From: an uncultured Bacteroidales bacterium
Lineage (GTDB): Bacteria; Bacteroidota; Bacteroidia; Bacteroidales; VadinHA17
Reading direction: 5' to 3'
DNA: 64,000 bases
NCBI GenBank assembly: GCA_963825165.1
Contig: CAWGRY010000006.1
Span: 396,220-460,219, forward strand
Part shown: piece after piece, positions 8,747 to 17,004 of the stretch
How positions within the stretch are numbered: the first letter of the stretch is position 1
Layout of the letters: each line of letters opens with the position of its first letter
The notes under the pieces: model-generated
What the model saw: the letters and a program-made list of their open reading frames with translations, nothing else
Database searches by the model: none
Told to the model about the DNA's origin: nothing
Program-made: the position numbers and the translations under genes

Positions 8747-8950
8747 ATGAAAAGAAAACTGTTACTTTTTATCGGGGTTTCGGTTGCTTTCATTATTACT
8801 ATTTATCTGGTTTTTCTAATATTCGATTTAATTTCAGGAACTCCAAGAGAAAATGAAGGGAGCGCCATAAAATTTGCGGTATCTGTTGGCGTTTTGACTT
8901 CGGCCTTCATGGTATTTTTTACAAAATTTTTTGAGAAACCGAAAAAATAG
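8747..8950 (+). CDS. 67-aa two-TM membrane protein (paralog of 10211..10414)
   Basis: Two hydrophobic helices flank GTPRENEG. It has the same length and about 40% identity to the 10211 ORF, and starts 12 nt after the lipoprotein stop. Confidence 0.65.
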   Translation: MKRKLLLFIGVSVAFIITIYLVFLIFDLISGTPRENEGSAIKFAVSVGVLTSAFMVFFTKFFEKPKK

Positions 8951-9271
8951 AAAGTCTTTTTGAAAGACGGAGCATCCTTATGGTCTGTAAAGGGCTATAA
9001 TATGTTATTGCAGGGCTTATTTACTGTATATGCCCTGTAAAATATTTAACCAAAGATTCTGAATTGGTCGAGCGAATCTTGGGAAATATGAATTTGTGAT
9101 ATGTTATGTTCCTACCCTAGTGGGCATTAGATATAATCATTCGGCCCTTGAAACAATGAGTTAATCGCATCTGTAGTGTTTTTATGGAGCGTGATGATTT
9201 GAATAGAAATGATGAATTTTTATTATTGGGAAAGAATATAAGGAACATTTAACAACAATAAACCTATAACC

Positions 9272-9568
9272 ATGAAAAAGTTTGAAATTCTCCTGATTGC
9301 CGGAGCCATTATTGGCCTTCTGCTGGTGCTTTTCAATACCCCGCTTGATTCTCTGATTGTCTCAGTATTTTTTATAACTTTGAGCTGTCTCTATTACATT
9401 CTTGGCTTTGCACTATTCAATAATATTCCGTTACGGAGGATATTTGATGCAGATTCCTACAAAGGTGTCGGAACATGGAAAATCCTGATTGCCATCGGAA
9501 CAGGTATCAGCCTTTTCAATCCTCACGATTGGTTTTATGTTTACAATACTCAGCTATCCGATGGCTAA
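9272..9568 (+). CDS. small polytopic membrane protein (possibly the 5' part of a frameshifted gene)
   Basis: 98-aa ORF with three hydrophobic helices. See the finding on the 9272-9743 junction. Confidence 0.55.
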   Translation: MKKFEILLIAGAIIGLLLVLFNTPLDSLIVSVFFITLSCLYYILGFALFNNIPLRRIFDADSYKGVGTWKILIAIGTGISLFNPHDWFYVYNTQLSDG

Positions 9569-9743
9569 AACCTTACTGATCGTCGGAATAGTTCTCGCGG
9601 CAATATTAATTATCCTGGCCTTGATAAAAAATGCTCAGGAAAAGAATCAGTTTTACAGGAACATCACCTTAAGGAGCCTCGTATTTCTGATTATTGCAGT
9701 AATATTTCTTCTGTTACCCGGGCATCTATTTGAGACAATTTGA
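9561..9743 (+). CDS. 60-aa two-TM membrane protein, or the 3' part of a frameshifted gene
   Basis: The ATG at 9561 (MAKTLLIVGIVLAAILIILALI...) overlaps the preceding stop by 8 nt. The same frame stays open and hydrophobic back to 9489. Confidence 0.4.
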   Translation: MAKTLLIVGIVLAAILIILALIKNAQEKNQFYRNITLRSLVFLIIAVIFLLLPGHLFETI

Positions 9744-10017
9744 GTGTTACCCTTTCAAATAAAGTAACAAAACTATGGCTTCTTAACAGACCGGTATGTA
9801 CAAGGCCTGACCAGATTTCACATTCTCAATCATATTCATCAGAGTATGCCTGTTTGTTGTGATCTTATAACAAAGTCCGAATCTCGAAATGAAATGATTA
9901 ACTTAATTGGTACAGTCGTACATCTACTACAGGCACAATAAGGATGAATTTGCTGACAGGAGAAAAAAAGTGCATAACAAATAGCCTTAGTCAATGACTT
10001 AAAGAGTAAGAGAAAAG

Positions 10018-10194
10018 ATGCTGAAAACAATGTTAAGCATCAGCGTAATTTGCATGGTGGGTTCGATAATCCTGTTCACACAGAACCCGCCCGGCTCCAT
10101 CGGCAGGACGGCAATGATTCTGATCGGTATCATATCTTTCTTTACAGGATTGTCATTCTACATGCAATACAGGCAAGTAAAACTAAGACATTGA
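10018..10194 (+). CDS. 58-aa two-TM membrane protein (below the ORF-track size cut-off)
   Basis: Hand translation gives MLKTMLSISVICMVGSIILFTQNPPGSIGRTAMILIGIISFFTGLSFYMQYRQVKLRH*. It ends 16 nt before the next gene. Confidence 0.45.
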   Translation: MLKTMLSISVICMVGSIILFTQNPPGSIGRTAMILIGIISFFTGLSFYMQYRQVKLRH

Positions 10195-10210
10195 AATCCT
10201 CAGTTACATT

Positions 10211-10414
10211 ATGAAAAAAGAACTTCTGCGTTTTGTTGGCTACTCGGTTGTCTTAGTAGTTTCACTTTATATGGTTTTTATGCTTATCGATCGTACCAAG
10301 GGAACCCTCAGGGAAAACTCCAAAGACAACTTACTCCTTGCGGTAATTGTCGGATTAATGACCTCCGCCTCCCTGGTGTTCAGCACGAAAGTCTTTAAGA
10401 AGCATAAAGACTGA
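10211..10414 (+). CDS. 67-aa two-TM membrane protein (paralog of 8747..8950)
   Basis: MKKELLRFVGYSVVLVVSLYMVFMLIDRTKGTLRENSKDN.... It shares the GT.REN loop and the TSA..VF.TK.F.K.K tail with the 8747 ORF. Confidence 0.65.
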   Translation: MKKELLRFVGYSVVLVVSLYMVFMLIDRTKGTLRENSKDNLLLAVIVGLMTSASLVFSTKVFKKHKD

Positions 10415-10496
10415 GACATTGATCCTCTGCAAGGTACTGGCCTCGAAACCATGTCAACAATTTCATAACTTTATCGATGCAACAAAAAATCACCCG

Positions 10497-10907
10497 ATGA
10501 ATCAGCTTGTTCTGCGTAATAGGGGACAAGAATTTGTATTTAATGTCTCAGGGGTACTGGTGGGCATATCAATGGTACTGCAACTCTTCTTAAACAGTCC
10601 CCGGTCGTGGCTCTTCTGGATCAATGCTGTGCTGGTAATATTGCTTCTTGTTTTATTCATTACCCGTGGCTTCGGAACAAATGTCAACAGCATTACGAAT
10701 GATGACAATACTTTGTCGATCAGGTGGTATAATAGGCTAAGGGTTATGAGAATAGACGTGAGTGAGATTGCGGAAATTGCCTCTGACAAAAAGTGCATCA
10801 ATATAACACTGAAAAATGACAGAGTTATCCGCATTCCGGTAAATTTTCTTGAAGCAAAAGAAAAGCGTGATGTCAGGGATTTCCTGAAGGAGACCACAGG
10901 ATTTTGA
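10497..10907 (+). CDS. 136-aa membrane protein: two TM helices plus a PH-like cytoplasmic domain (paralog of 12941..13351)
   Basis: The ATG at 10497 gives MNQLVLRN. It has the same length as the 12941 product and shares M.QLVLRN, (S/T)IRWY, R.FLKE.TGF* and about 40% identity overall. Confidence 0.7.
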   Translation: MNQLVLRNRGQEFVFNVSGVLVGISMVLQLFLNSPRSWLFWINAVLVILLLVLFITRGFGTNVNSITNDDNTLSIRWYNRLRVMRIDVSEIAEIASDKKCINITLKNDRVIRIPVNFLEAKEKRDVRDFLKETTGF

Positions 10908-10934
10908 GGAGGATCGCCAGAGCCTGACTACAGA

Positions 10935-11387
10935 CTACTTTATTTCTGTCTCGATTGAATAGCTTCTCAGGGTCTCAATCAACTCGTCAAGATAAAACTT
11001 TTCGAACCGGTCTTCATCCCTGTAATCAAGCTGTACTTTGCGTTTTTGCGAATTCTTCAGATATAACCTGAGGTTGAGGTAAGACATAAAATCTGCAGAG
11101 ATCACTGCTTTTTCTACCTGCCGTACGTCCAACGCATTATCCATGTTGACTTTTGAACCTGCGATCGGAGTAATAATTCCAATTGCAATAATTGCCAATC
11201 CTACCCAGAAAGCCCAATCCTGAACTGCCATGAAATGCTTGATGACCATATAGACTCCGCCAATAATATATATTGCCGAATAAACTATGCTCATTTTTTT
11301 TTGCCATTTAAAAATGCCATCCCTGATTTTAATCTGGTTATCCAGGAACTTTATCTCGCCTTTATAAATGACAAATTCAGTTTTCAT
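10935..11387 (-). CDS. 150-aa membrane protein with a split PH-like layout, function unknown
   Basis: A soluble N-terminal beta segment is followed by two TM helices (IVYSAIYIIGGVYMVI, FWVGLAIIAIGIITPIAG) and a charged C-terminal domain. Confidence 0.65.
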   Translation of the reverse strand: MKTEFVIYKGEIKFLDNQIKIRDGIFKWQKKMSIVYSAIYIIGGVYMVIKHFMAVQDWAFWVGLAIIAIGIITPIAGSKVNMDNALDVRQVEKAVISADFMSYLNLRLYLKNSQKRKVQLDYRDEDRFEKFYLDELIETLRSYSIETEIK

Positions 11388-11563
11388 CTGTGTAGTTTTA
11401 GGCTAATGTAAATTTAATCAAAATTGTCTGTTGAATTAATTTGCATACCTGCACTGTTGTTTTACCGTCTTAGTTATTATGACTTTTCATATCTTTTTTT
11501 ACTATTTTTTCAGATATTTTAACGCCCTGAAATAAATCAGAACACTAACCAAGTTTCCCGGAT

Positions 11564-12700
11564 ATGGAATTTCTAATCGAAGGCGTTACTCTTATCACCT
11601 GGCAACAGGTGCTGATGTGGATAATAGGCGGCACCCTCATCTACCTTGCAATATCAAAACAACTCGAACCGTCTCTCCTCCTGCCAATGGGGTTCGGCGC
11701 AATACTGGTCAACCTGCCTCTGTCAGGCGCCCTCAACCAGAACCTCGAAGGCATCGGCGAGGTCAGCGGAATAATCGACTGGCTCTTCAAGGTGGGCATA
11801 GGAGCATCAGAAGCCATGCCACTGCTCCTGTTTATAGGCATAGGAGCAATGATCGACTTCGGACCCCTGCTGTCCAACCCGAGACTGCTGCTGTTCGGCG
11901 CCGCAGCCCAGTTCGGCATTTTCGCCACGGTGGTGATAGCCGTGCTGCTGGGATTCGAGATGAAAGACGCAGCATCAATAGGCATAATCGGGGCAGCGGA
12001 CGGACCGACATCAATACTGGTGTCGCAGGTGCTGAAAAGCAAATATATAGGGCCGATAGCCGTCGCAGCATATTCATACATGGCGCTGGTGCCTATAATC
12101 CAGCCTTTTGCCATCAAACTGGTCACGACGAAAAATGAGCGGAAAATTCGGATGAAATATAACCCGAAAAGCGTGTCAAGATTGACCAGGATACTCTTCC
12201 CGATAGTGGTCACCATAATAGCAGGCCTGGTGGCACCGGCATCCATAGCCCTGGTGGGATTCCTGATGTTCGGCAACCTGATAAGGGAGTGCGGCGTGCT
12301 AAGATCACTGTCTGATACCGCCCAGAAAGACATGGTGAACCTGATCACCCTGCTGCTCGGCATAACCATCGCCGCCAGCATGAAAGCGGAACTGTTCGTG
12401 TCGCTCGATACAATGAAGATCATGGCCCTTGGCCTGCTGGCATTTATTTTCGATACCATAGCCGGGGCATCATTTGCAAAATTCATGAACCTGTTCCTGA
12501 AGGAAAAAGTCAATCCCATGGTCGGTGCAGCAGGGATATCAGCATTCCCGATGTCGTCGAGGGTGATACAAAAACTGGGACTGGAAGCAGACCCGCAGAA
12601 CCACCTGCTGATGCATGCAGTGGGAGCAAACGTGTCGGGCCAGATTGCGTCAGTAATAGCAGGCGGTGTGATAATAGGTCTTATGTCAGGATTAATGTAG
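11564..12700 (+). CDS. sodium ion-translocating decarboxylase, beta subunit (OadB/MmdB/GcdB family)
   Basis: 378 aa and polytopic. Family-typical strings are present: LLLPMGFGAILVNLP, IGIIGAADGPTSI and AAYSYMALVPIIQP. Confidence 0.9.
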   Translation: MEFLIEGVTLITWQQVLMWIIGGTLIYLAISKQLEPSLLLPMGFGAILVNLPLSGALNQNLEGIGEVSGIIDWLFKVGIGASEAMPLLLFIGIGAMIDFGPLLSNPRLLLFGAAAQFGIFATVVIAVLLGFEMKDAASIGIIGAADGPTSILVSQVLKSKYIGPIAVAAYSYMALVPIIQPFAIKLVTTKNERKIRMKYNPKSVSRLTRILFPIVVTIIAGLVAPASIALVGFLMFGNLIRECGVLRSLSDTAQKDMVNLITLLLGITIAASMKAELFVSLDTMKIMALGLLAFIFDTIAGASFAKFMNLFLKEKVNPMVGAAGISAFPMSSRVIQKLGLEADPQNHLLMHAVGANVSGQIASVIAGGVIIGLMSGLM

Positions 12701-12710
12701 GAGGAATGCG

Positions 12711-12863
12711 ATGAACACTGAATTAATAAATGCACTGAAGCTGATGGGTATGGGAATGGCAGCCATATTCTTTGTCATAATCATAATTTACCTTGTCGTA
12801 CAGCTGATGCTGAGAATCTCGCGCGGCAAAGCAGACAAGCCGGATACCGCAAAGCCTTTGTGA
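12711..12863 (+). CDS. OadG-like small subunit (decarboxylase gamma/delta chain), 50 aa
   Basis: Hand translation gives MNTELINALKLMGMGMAAIFFVIIIIYLVVQLMLRISRGKADKPDTAKPL*. It has a single TM helix and the OadG-like LMGMGMA..F motif, and starts 10 nt after the beta subunit. Confidence 0.6.
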   Translation: MNTELINALKLMGMGMAAIFFVIIIIYLVVQLMLRISRGKADKPDTAKPL

Positions 12864-12940
12864 AGACTGCGTCAGCCGGCTTAAGGGCCTGATACGTTAC
12901 GCCGGAATTTCGTATCTTTAACAGGAACAAATCTTACATC

Positions 12941-13351
12941 ATGAAACAACTGGTGCTTCGCAACGCAACCTATGAAAAGATCTATCGCGCCATAGGCATA
13001 GTGTTTCTTGTCGGGCTCATTGTAATTATTGTGACCGGAGATCCCGGGTTATGGGGCTTCTGGATACAGGCAGTTTCCTTTCTGTTGCTTGGCATCATCT
13101 TCCTGAGCCTTAACTTCGGCACCCTGGTCAACAGGCTGACGGCAGACAAGGGTGTGCTCACCATCCGGTGGTACAGCAAAACGGTCAGATCGTTCGTCAG
13201 GATAGATGAGATAGAGTCCATACATGCCGATGAGAGTTATGTCCGCATCATGCTCAAAAGCGGCAAGACCGTCCGCCTGCCAACACGGATGCTTGAGTTT
13301 GACGAGAAACGTGCCGTACGCAAATTTCTTAAGGAGGTAACAGGATTCTGA
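12941..13351 (+). CDS. 136-aa membrane protein: two TM helices plus a PH-like domain (paralog of 10497..10907)
   Basis: See 10497..10907. Its stop is 5 nt before the TonB-dependent receptor ATG. Confidence 0.7.
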   Translation: MKQLVLRNATYEKIYRAIGIVFLVGLIVIIVTGDPGLWGFWIQAVSFLLLGIIFLSLNFGTLVNRLTADKGVLTIRWYSKTVRSFVRIDEIESIHADESYVRIMLKSGKTVRLPTRMLEFDEKRAVRKFLKEVTGF

Positions 13352-13356
13352 TTGAA

Positions 13357-15783
13357 ATGCCTTTAAGGCGACTCATTGCGCTGATGCTGCTGATGGCGTC
13401 AGTACAGGCTTCAGCCCAGAAAATCACTGTCAGCGGTTATGTCACCGACTCGGTAAGCGGGGAACGGATGATCAATGCCGCTGTCTATGAAAAGGCCTCC
13501 TACATCGGCACTACAACAAACAACTACGGTTTTTACAGTCTTCCCCTTACACCCGGCAAGGCAGAGATCGTCGTTTCATACCTTGGTTATGAGGCTCTGA
13601 CAATGGGCCTCAATCTGACCCGCGATACTGTCCTGAACTTCGGGCTCAATATGTCAGTTAGCGAGATCGGCGAGGTGACCGTGACCGCTTCCGGACCCCA
13701 GGCGAAGGTGGAGAGCTCGCAGATGAGCATGATAGATATCCCAATGGAAAAATTCGCCATGCTGCCGGTGATCTTTGGCGAGGCTGACGTGCTGAAGGTA
13801 ATCCAGCTTCTTCCCGGAGTACAGTCCGGCACCGAAGGCTCAATCGGTATATATGTCAGGGGCGGTGGACCGGACCAGAACCTTTTCCTGCTCGACGGCG
13901 TACCCGTGTATAACGCAAGCCATATCTTCGGCTTCATGTCAGTGTTTAATCCTGATGCCGTCAAGTCAGTCCAGCTCTATAAGGGAGGGTTCCCCGCCCG
14001 GTATGGCGAACGGCTCTCGTCGGTAATCGATATCCATATGAAGGAAGGTAATGAGAAGGAGTTTCACGGTAACTTCTCAATAGGACTGATAGCATCGAAG
14101 CTTTCGCTGGAAGGGCCTATTATAAAGGATAAAACATCATTCATCATCTCGGCCCGCCGAAGCTATGCCGATATTATTATTTATCCTTTTCTCATGCGAT
14201 ACCAGAGTCCGGATCTCCGGACGACAGGCGGTTATTCTTTCTATGACCTCAATGCAAAGATCAATCATAAGTTTTCGGAAAAGAGCCGTCTCTACCTGAG
14301 CTCATACATGGGCAGTGACAGGGCATACATGAAGTCTGTCAGCAGGCCTGACTTTAATGGGATTAATGCACCAGAATACGAGTATACCGACGACTTCGGC
14401 ATGAGCTGGGGAAACATCATCACCTCGCTGAGGTGGAACTACCTGTTCAGCAACAAGATCTTCAGCAACACCACACTGACCTACAGCCGTTACATTTTTG
14501 ACATCACCATGGAGTCCGTCACGAAGGACCTCACCACGAAAGAAAAAGCCGTTGATTACTTCAGGTATTTTTCAGGTATAGAGGATATGGGTGCGAAGAT
14601 CGATTTTGACTACTATCCTTCAATTCATCACTCAGTCAAGTTTGGCGCCGGTTACACCCTTCACCGTTTCAGGCCCGGGGTGACAAGCTTCAGGTTTGAT
14701 CCGCTGGAAGAGGATTACGGTATCGACACTACTTTTGGCGAGGTGAAGATCTATGCCAATGAAGCTATTCTTTATGCCGAGGATAATTTCGATATCACTC
14801 CGCGCCTGAAGATGAATGCCGGCATGCGCCTGTCGCTCTTCAACGTTCAGGATACAACCTATTTCTCATTCCAGCCCAGGGTGTCGCTTCGCTTCATGGC
14901 TGCGGATAATCTGTCGTTCAAGGCCTCATACAGCAGGATGGCGCAGTTCGTTCATCTGCTCACCACAACGGCTATCAGCATGCCCACCGATCTGTGGCTG
15001 CCTGTCACGAAGCGTTTTGAGCCTCCGGTGTCAGACCAGGTGGCCGTGGGCTCTAACTTCCGCCTGCCGTGGCAGCTTGAAATGTCCGTGGAAGCATTTT
15101 ACAAGACGATGGAGAACCTGATTGAATACAAGGAGGGTGCATCGTTCGGAGGGTCGGGGTCAGGGTGGGAGTCGAAGGTGGAAAAGGGCAGGGGATGGGC
15201 ATACGGGGGAGAGTTCATGGTTGAGAAGAACTATGGTAAGACAACAGGATGGATCGGTTATACGCTGTCATGGACCCAACGGCAGTTTGAGAATCTTAAC
15301 TACGGCAATGTCTTTCCCGCCAGGTATGACCGCCGGCATGACGTAAGCGTGGCCATCACCCATAAGTTCAGTGAACGCGTTGACATGGGCGTTGTGTGGG
15401 TCTACGGGACAGGCAATGCAGCCACGCTGGGCATCATGGAGTATCCCTCCGGGAACTTCTTCAACACCGGGTACTATTATTACGGCAATGATGCCATCAC
15501 GGAATTTCCGGGCCGCAACTCGTACCGCACACCGTCGTATCACAGGCTTGACCTGGGGCTTAACCTGCACAAACAGAAGAAAAACGGATTGCGCACCTGG
15601 AACTTCTCAGTCTACAATGCCTACAACAGAAAGAACACCTTCTATATCTTCTGGGACACTCAATATTACGAGGAACCCGATCCTGACAATCCTGGTTCAT
15701 ATATTTACTACAGCAAGCCTGTACTGAAGAAGGTGAGTCTCTTTCCGATCATTCCCTCGATCTCATATTCATTTAAGTTCTGA
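13357..15783 (+). CDS. TonB-dependent receptor with an N-terminal CarboxypepD_reg-like domain
   Basis: Signal peptide ...ASVQASAQ. ITVSGYVTDSVSGERMINAAVY is the CarboxypepD_reg-like region. The plug reads DVLKVIQLLPGVQSGTEGSIGIYVRGGGPDQNLFLLDGVPVYN. The terminal beta-strand is ISYSFKF. Confidence 0.9.
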   Translation: MPLRRLIALMLLMASVQASAQKITVSGYVTDSVSGERMINAAVYEKASYIGTTTNNYGFYSLPLTPGKAEIVVSYLGYEALTMGLNLTRDTVLNFGLNMSVSEIGEVTVTASGPQAKVESSQMSMIDIPMEKFAMLPVIFGEADVLKVIQLLPGVQSGTEGSIGIYVRGGGPDQNLFLLDGVPVYNASHIFGFMSVFNPDAVKSVQLYKGGFPARYGERLSSVIDIHMKEGNEKEFHGNFSIGLIASKLSLEGPIIKDKTSFIISARRSYADIIIYPFLMRYQSPDLRTTGGYSFYDLNAKINHKFSEKSRLYLSSYMGSDRAYMKSVSRPDFNGINAPEYEYTDDFGMSWGNIITSLRWNYLFSNKIFSNTTLTYSRYIFDITMESVTKDLTTKEKAVDYFRYFSGIEDMGAKIDFDYYPSIHHSVKFGAGYTLHRFRPGVTSFRFDPLEEDYGIDTTFGEVKIYANEAILYAEDNFDITPRLKMNAGMRLSLFNVQDTTYFSFQPRVSLRFMAADNLSFKASYSRMAQFVHLLTTTAISMPTDLWLPVTKRFEPPVSDQVAVGSNFRLPWQLEMSVEAFYKTMENLIEYKEGASFGGSGSGWESKVEKGRGWAYGGEFMVEKNYGKTTGWIGYTLSWTQRQFENLNYGNVFPARYDRRHDVSVAITHKFSERVDMGVVWVYGTGNAATLGIMEYPSGNFFNTGYYYYGNDAITEFPGRNSYRTPSYHRLDLGLNLHKQKKNGLRTWNFSVYNAYNRKNTFYIFWDTQYYEEPDPDNPGSYIYYSKPVLKKVSLFPIIPSISYSFKF

Positions 15784-15789
15784 CTGCAG

Positions 15790-16821
15790 ATGAGGATGAA
15801 AAGAATATTATTATATCTGCAGGCGCTTGCCATTCTGACATTGCTGACCGTGTCGTGCGAGGAGGTGATCCCGTTCAAGGGTGAGAAGATCGATCCTAAG
15901 ATCGTGATATATTCACTGCTTCAGCCTGACAGCGTAATTACGGTATCTGTCGCAAAGAGCCATGCTGTCTTTGAAGAGAAGTATGTACCCAGACAGATAA
16001 CCGATGCCGTGGTGAAGCTTTACCGCGACGGTGAGTTGCTTGAAACGCTGACCTATGTTCCGCCTGAGCCGCAACCGGAATATTATTCGGCTATACCCTA
16101 TTCAAAGTATGTGTCGCAGGGAGTGAAACCCGCTTATGGCAGCACGTACATGATCGAGGTGGAGATGGCAGGGATGAAGAAGGCAGCAGGCGAGGCAAGG
16201 CTCCCTGATATTATACCGGTCATTGGCCTTGATACAATTGAGAACCTGCCGGTTGGGGGAAATCTCATTATGGAAGCTAAAGTCAGGTTCAGAGATCCGG
16301 GAGGGGAAAATAATTTTTACAGGATAGCTGCCCGGTGCGCAGAGGGCATGTATTACGGGGATAAGTCAGTGCCCTGGTCACCGGAAATGCCGGTTTCAAT
16401 ATATGAGAACGACTGCAGCTATGCCTCAGACAATGACCCGGTAATAAGTCCACAGAAGGAGGAGCAGGATCTTTTCGGCATGCAGATTGAGAACACATAT
16501 CACATATTCAGTGATGAACTTATAGCCGGTAAGGAGTATGCCCTGACCCTGGAACTAAATCACAGGCAGCCGGACACGGATTATTACGAGTTTTCTTTAT
16601 TCAATTTTGAGCTTCAGTCGATAACGGAGGATTTTTACATGTACCTGCGAACGTCATCGGCTCACATGCAGACCTTCGATGACTATATCACCGAGCCGGT
16701 GCTGGTTTTCACCAATATTGAAAACGGACTGGGCGTTGTGGGGGCGATGTCATCGTCGGCAGTAACTCTGAAAATAGGAGAGTATCCTGTCGATGGGGTG
16801 ACGTATGAGGTTATAAGGTAA
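15790..16821 (+). CDS. DUF4249-like lipoprotein partner of the TonB-dependent receptor
   Basis: The lipobox reads LLTVSCEE. It lies directly downstream of the TBDR with a 6-nt gap. The family assignment is from memory of the conserved TBDR-DUF4249 pairing and needs an HMM check. Confidence 0.65.
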   Translation: MRMKRILLYLQALAILTLLTVSCEEVIPFKGEKIDPKIVIYSLLQPDSVITVSVAKSHAVFEEKYVPRQITDAVVKLYRDGELLETLTYVPPEPQPEYYSAIPYSKYVSQGVKPAYGSTYMIEVEMAGMKKAAGEARLPDIIPVIGLDTIENLPVGGNLIMEAKVRFRDPGGENNFYRIAARCAEGMYYGDKSVPWSPEMPVSIYENDCSYASDNDPVISPQKEEQDLFGMQIENTYHIFSDELIAGKEYALTLELNHRQPDTDYYEFSLFNFELQSITEDFYMYLRTSSAHMQTFDDYITEPVLVFTNIENGLGVVGAMSSSAVTLKIGEYPVDGVTYEVIR

Positions 16822-16971
16822 TAAGGTGCATGTTGACAAACCGCCGGAGTGATGAGAGTCAGTACCTCCAGGTGGGGGAGCAGTATGAATACCGAACAAG
16901 GAATAGCAATTTTAAAGCCTGAAGTGAAAATATTTTTCATAAAAACATTTTTGTTTCAAATATTATTATTT

Positions 16972-16997
16972 ACTTTGTAACGCAAAGTACTATAAAA
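16972..16997 (+). promoter_or_regulatory. conserved 26-nt element with a perfect inverted repeat (T)ACTTTG-N5-CAAAGT(A), 7 nt upstream of the 17005 ATG
   Basis: actttgtaacgcaaagtactataaaa. It matches 17950-17975 at 24 of 26 positions. Confidence 0.6.
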
Positions 16998-17004
16998 TCA
17001 TTAT

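Noticed and set aside
9839-10030. 63-aa minus-strand ORF in the small-ORF block
   Set aside because: It is Cys-rich with no hydrophobic segment or start context, and it overlaps the start of the better-supported 10018..10194 plus-strand ORF. It remains possible but is unsupported.
10059-10072. ggttcgataatcc, resembling a tRNA T-arm (GGTTCGAATCC)
   Set aside because: It carries an insertion relative to the T-loop consensus. No acceptor, D or anticodon stems can be drawn around it, and it lies inside a plausible small membrane-protein ORF.
7230-11560. Interpretation of the low-GC block as an integrative mobile element
   Set aside because: I could find no integrase, recombinase, transposase, tRNA target or flanking direct/inverted repeats. 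The block is reported only as compositionally atypical.
11617-12138. 173-aa Arg-rich ORF in an alternative plus frame of the same gene
   Set aside because: It is an out-of-frame reading of a GC-rich membrane-protein gene. Its extreme Arg/Pro content is not protein-like.
11641-12735. 364-aa ORF antisense to the decarboxylase beta-subunit gene
   Set aside because: It is a shadow ORF. The plus frame encodes an unmistakable OadB-family protein, and the antisense translation is low-complexity Ser/Ala/Pro/Ile-rich with no recognisable motif.
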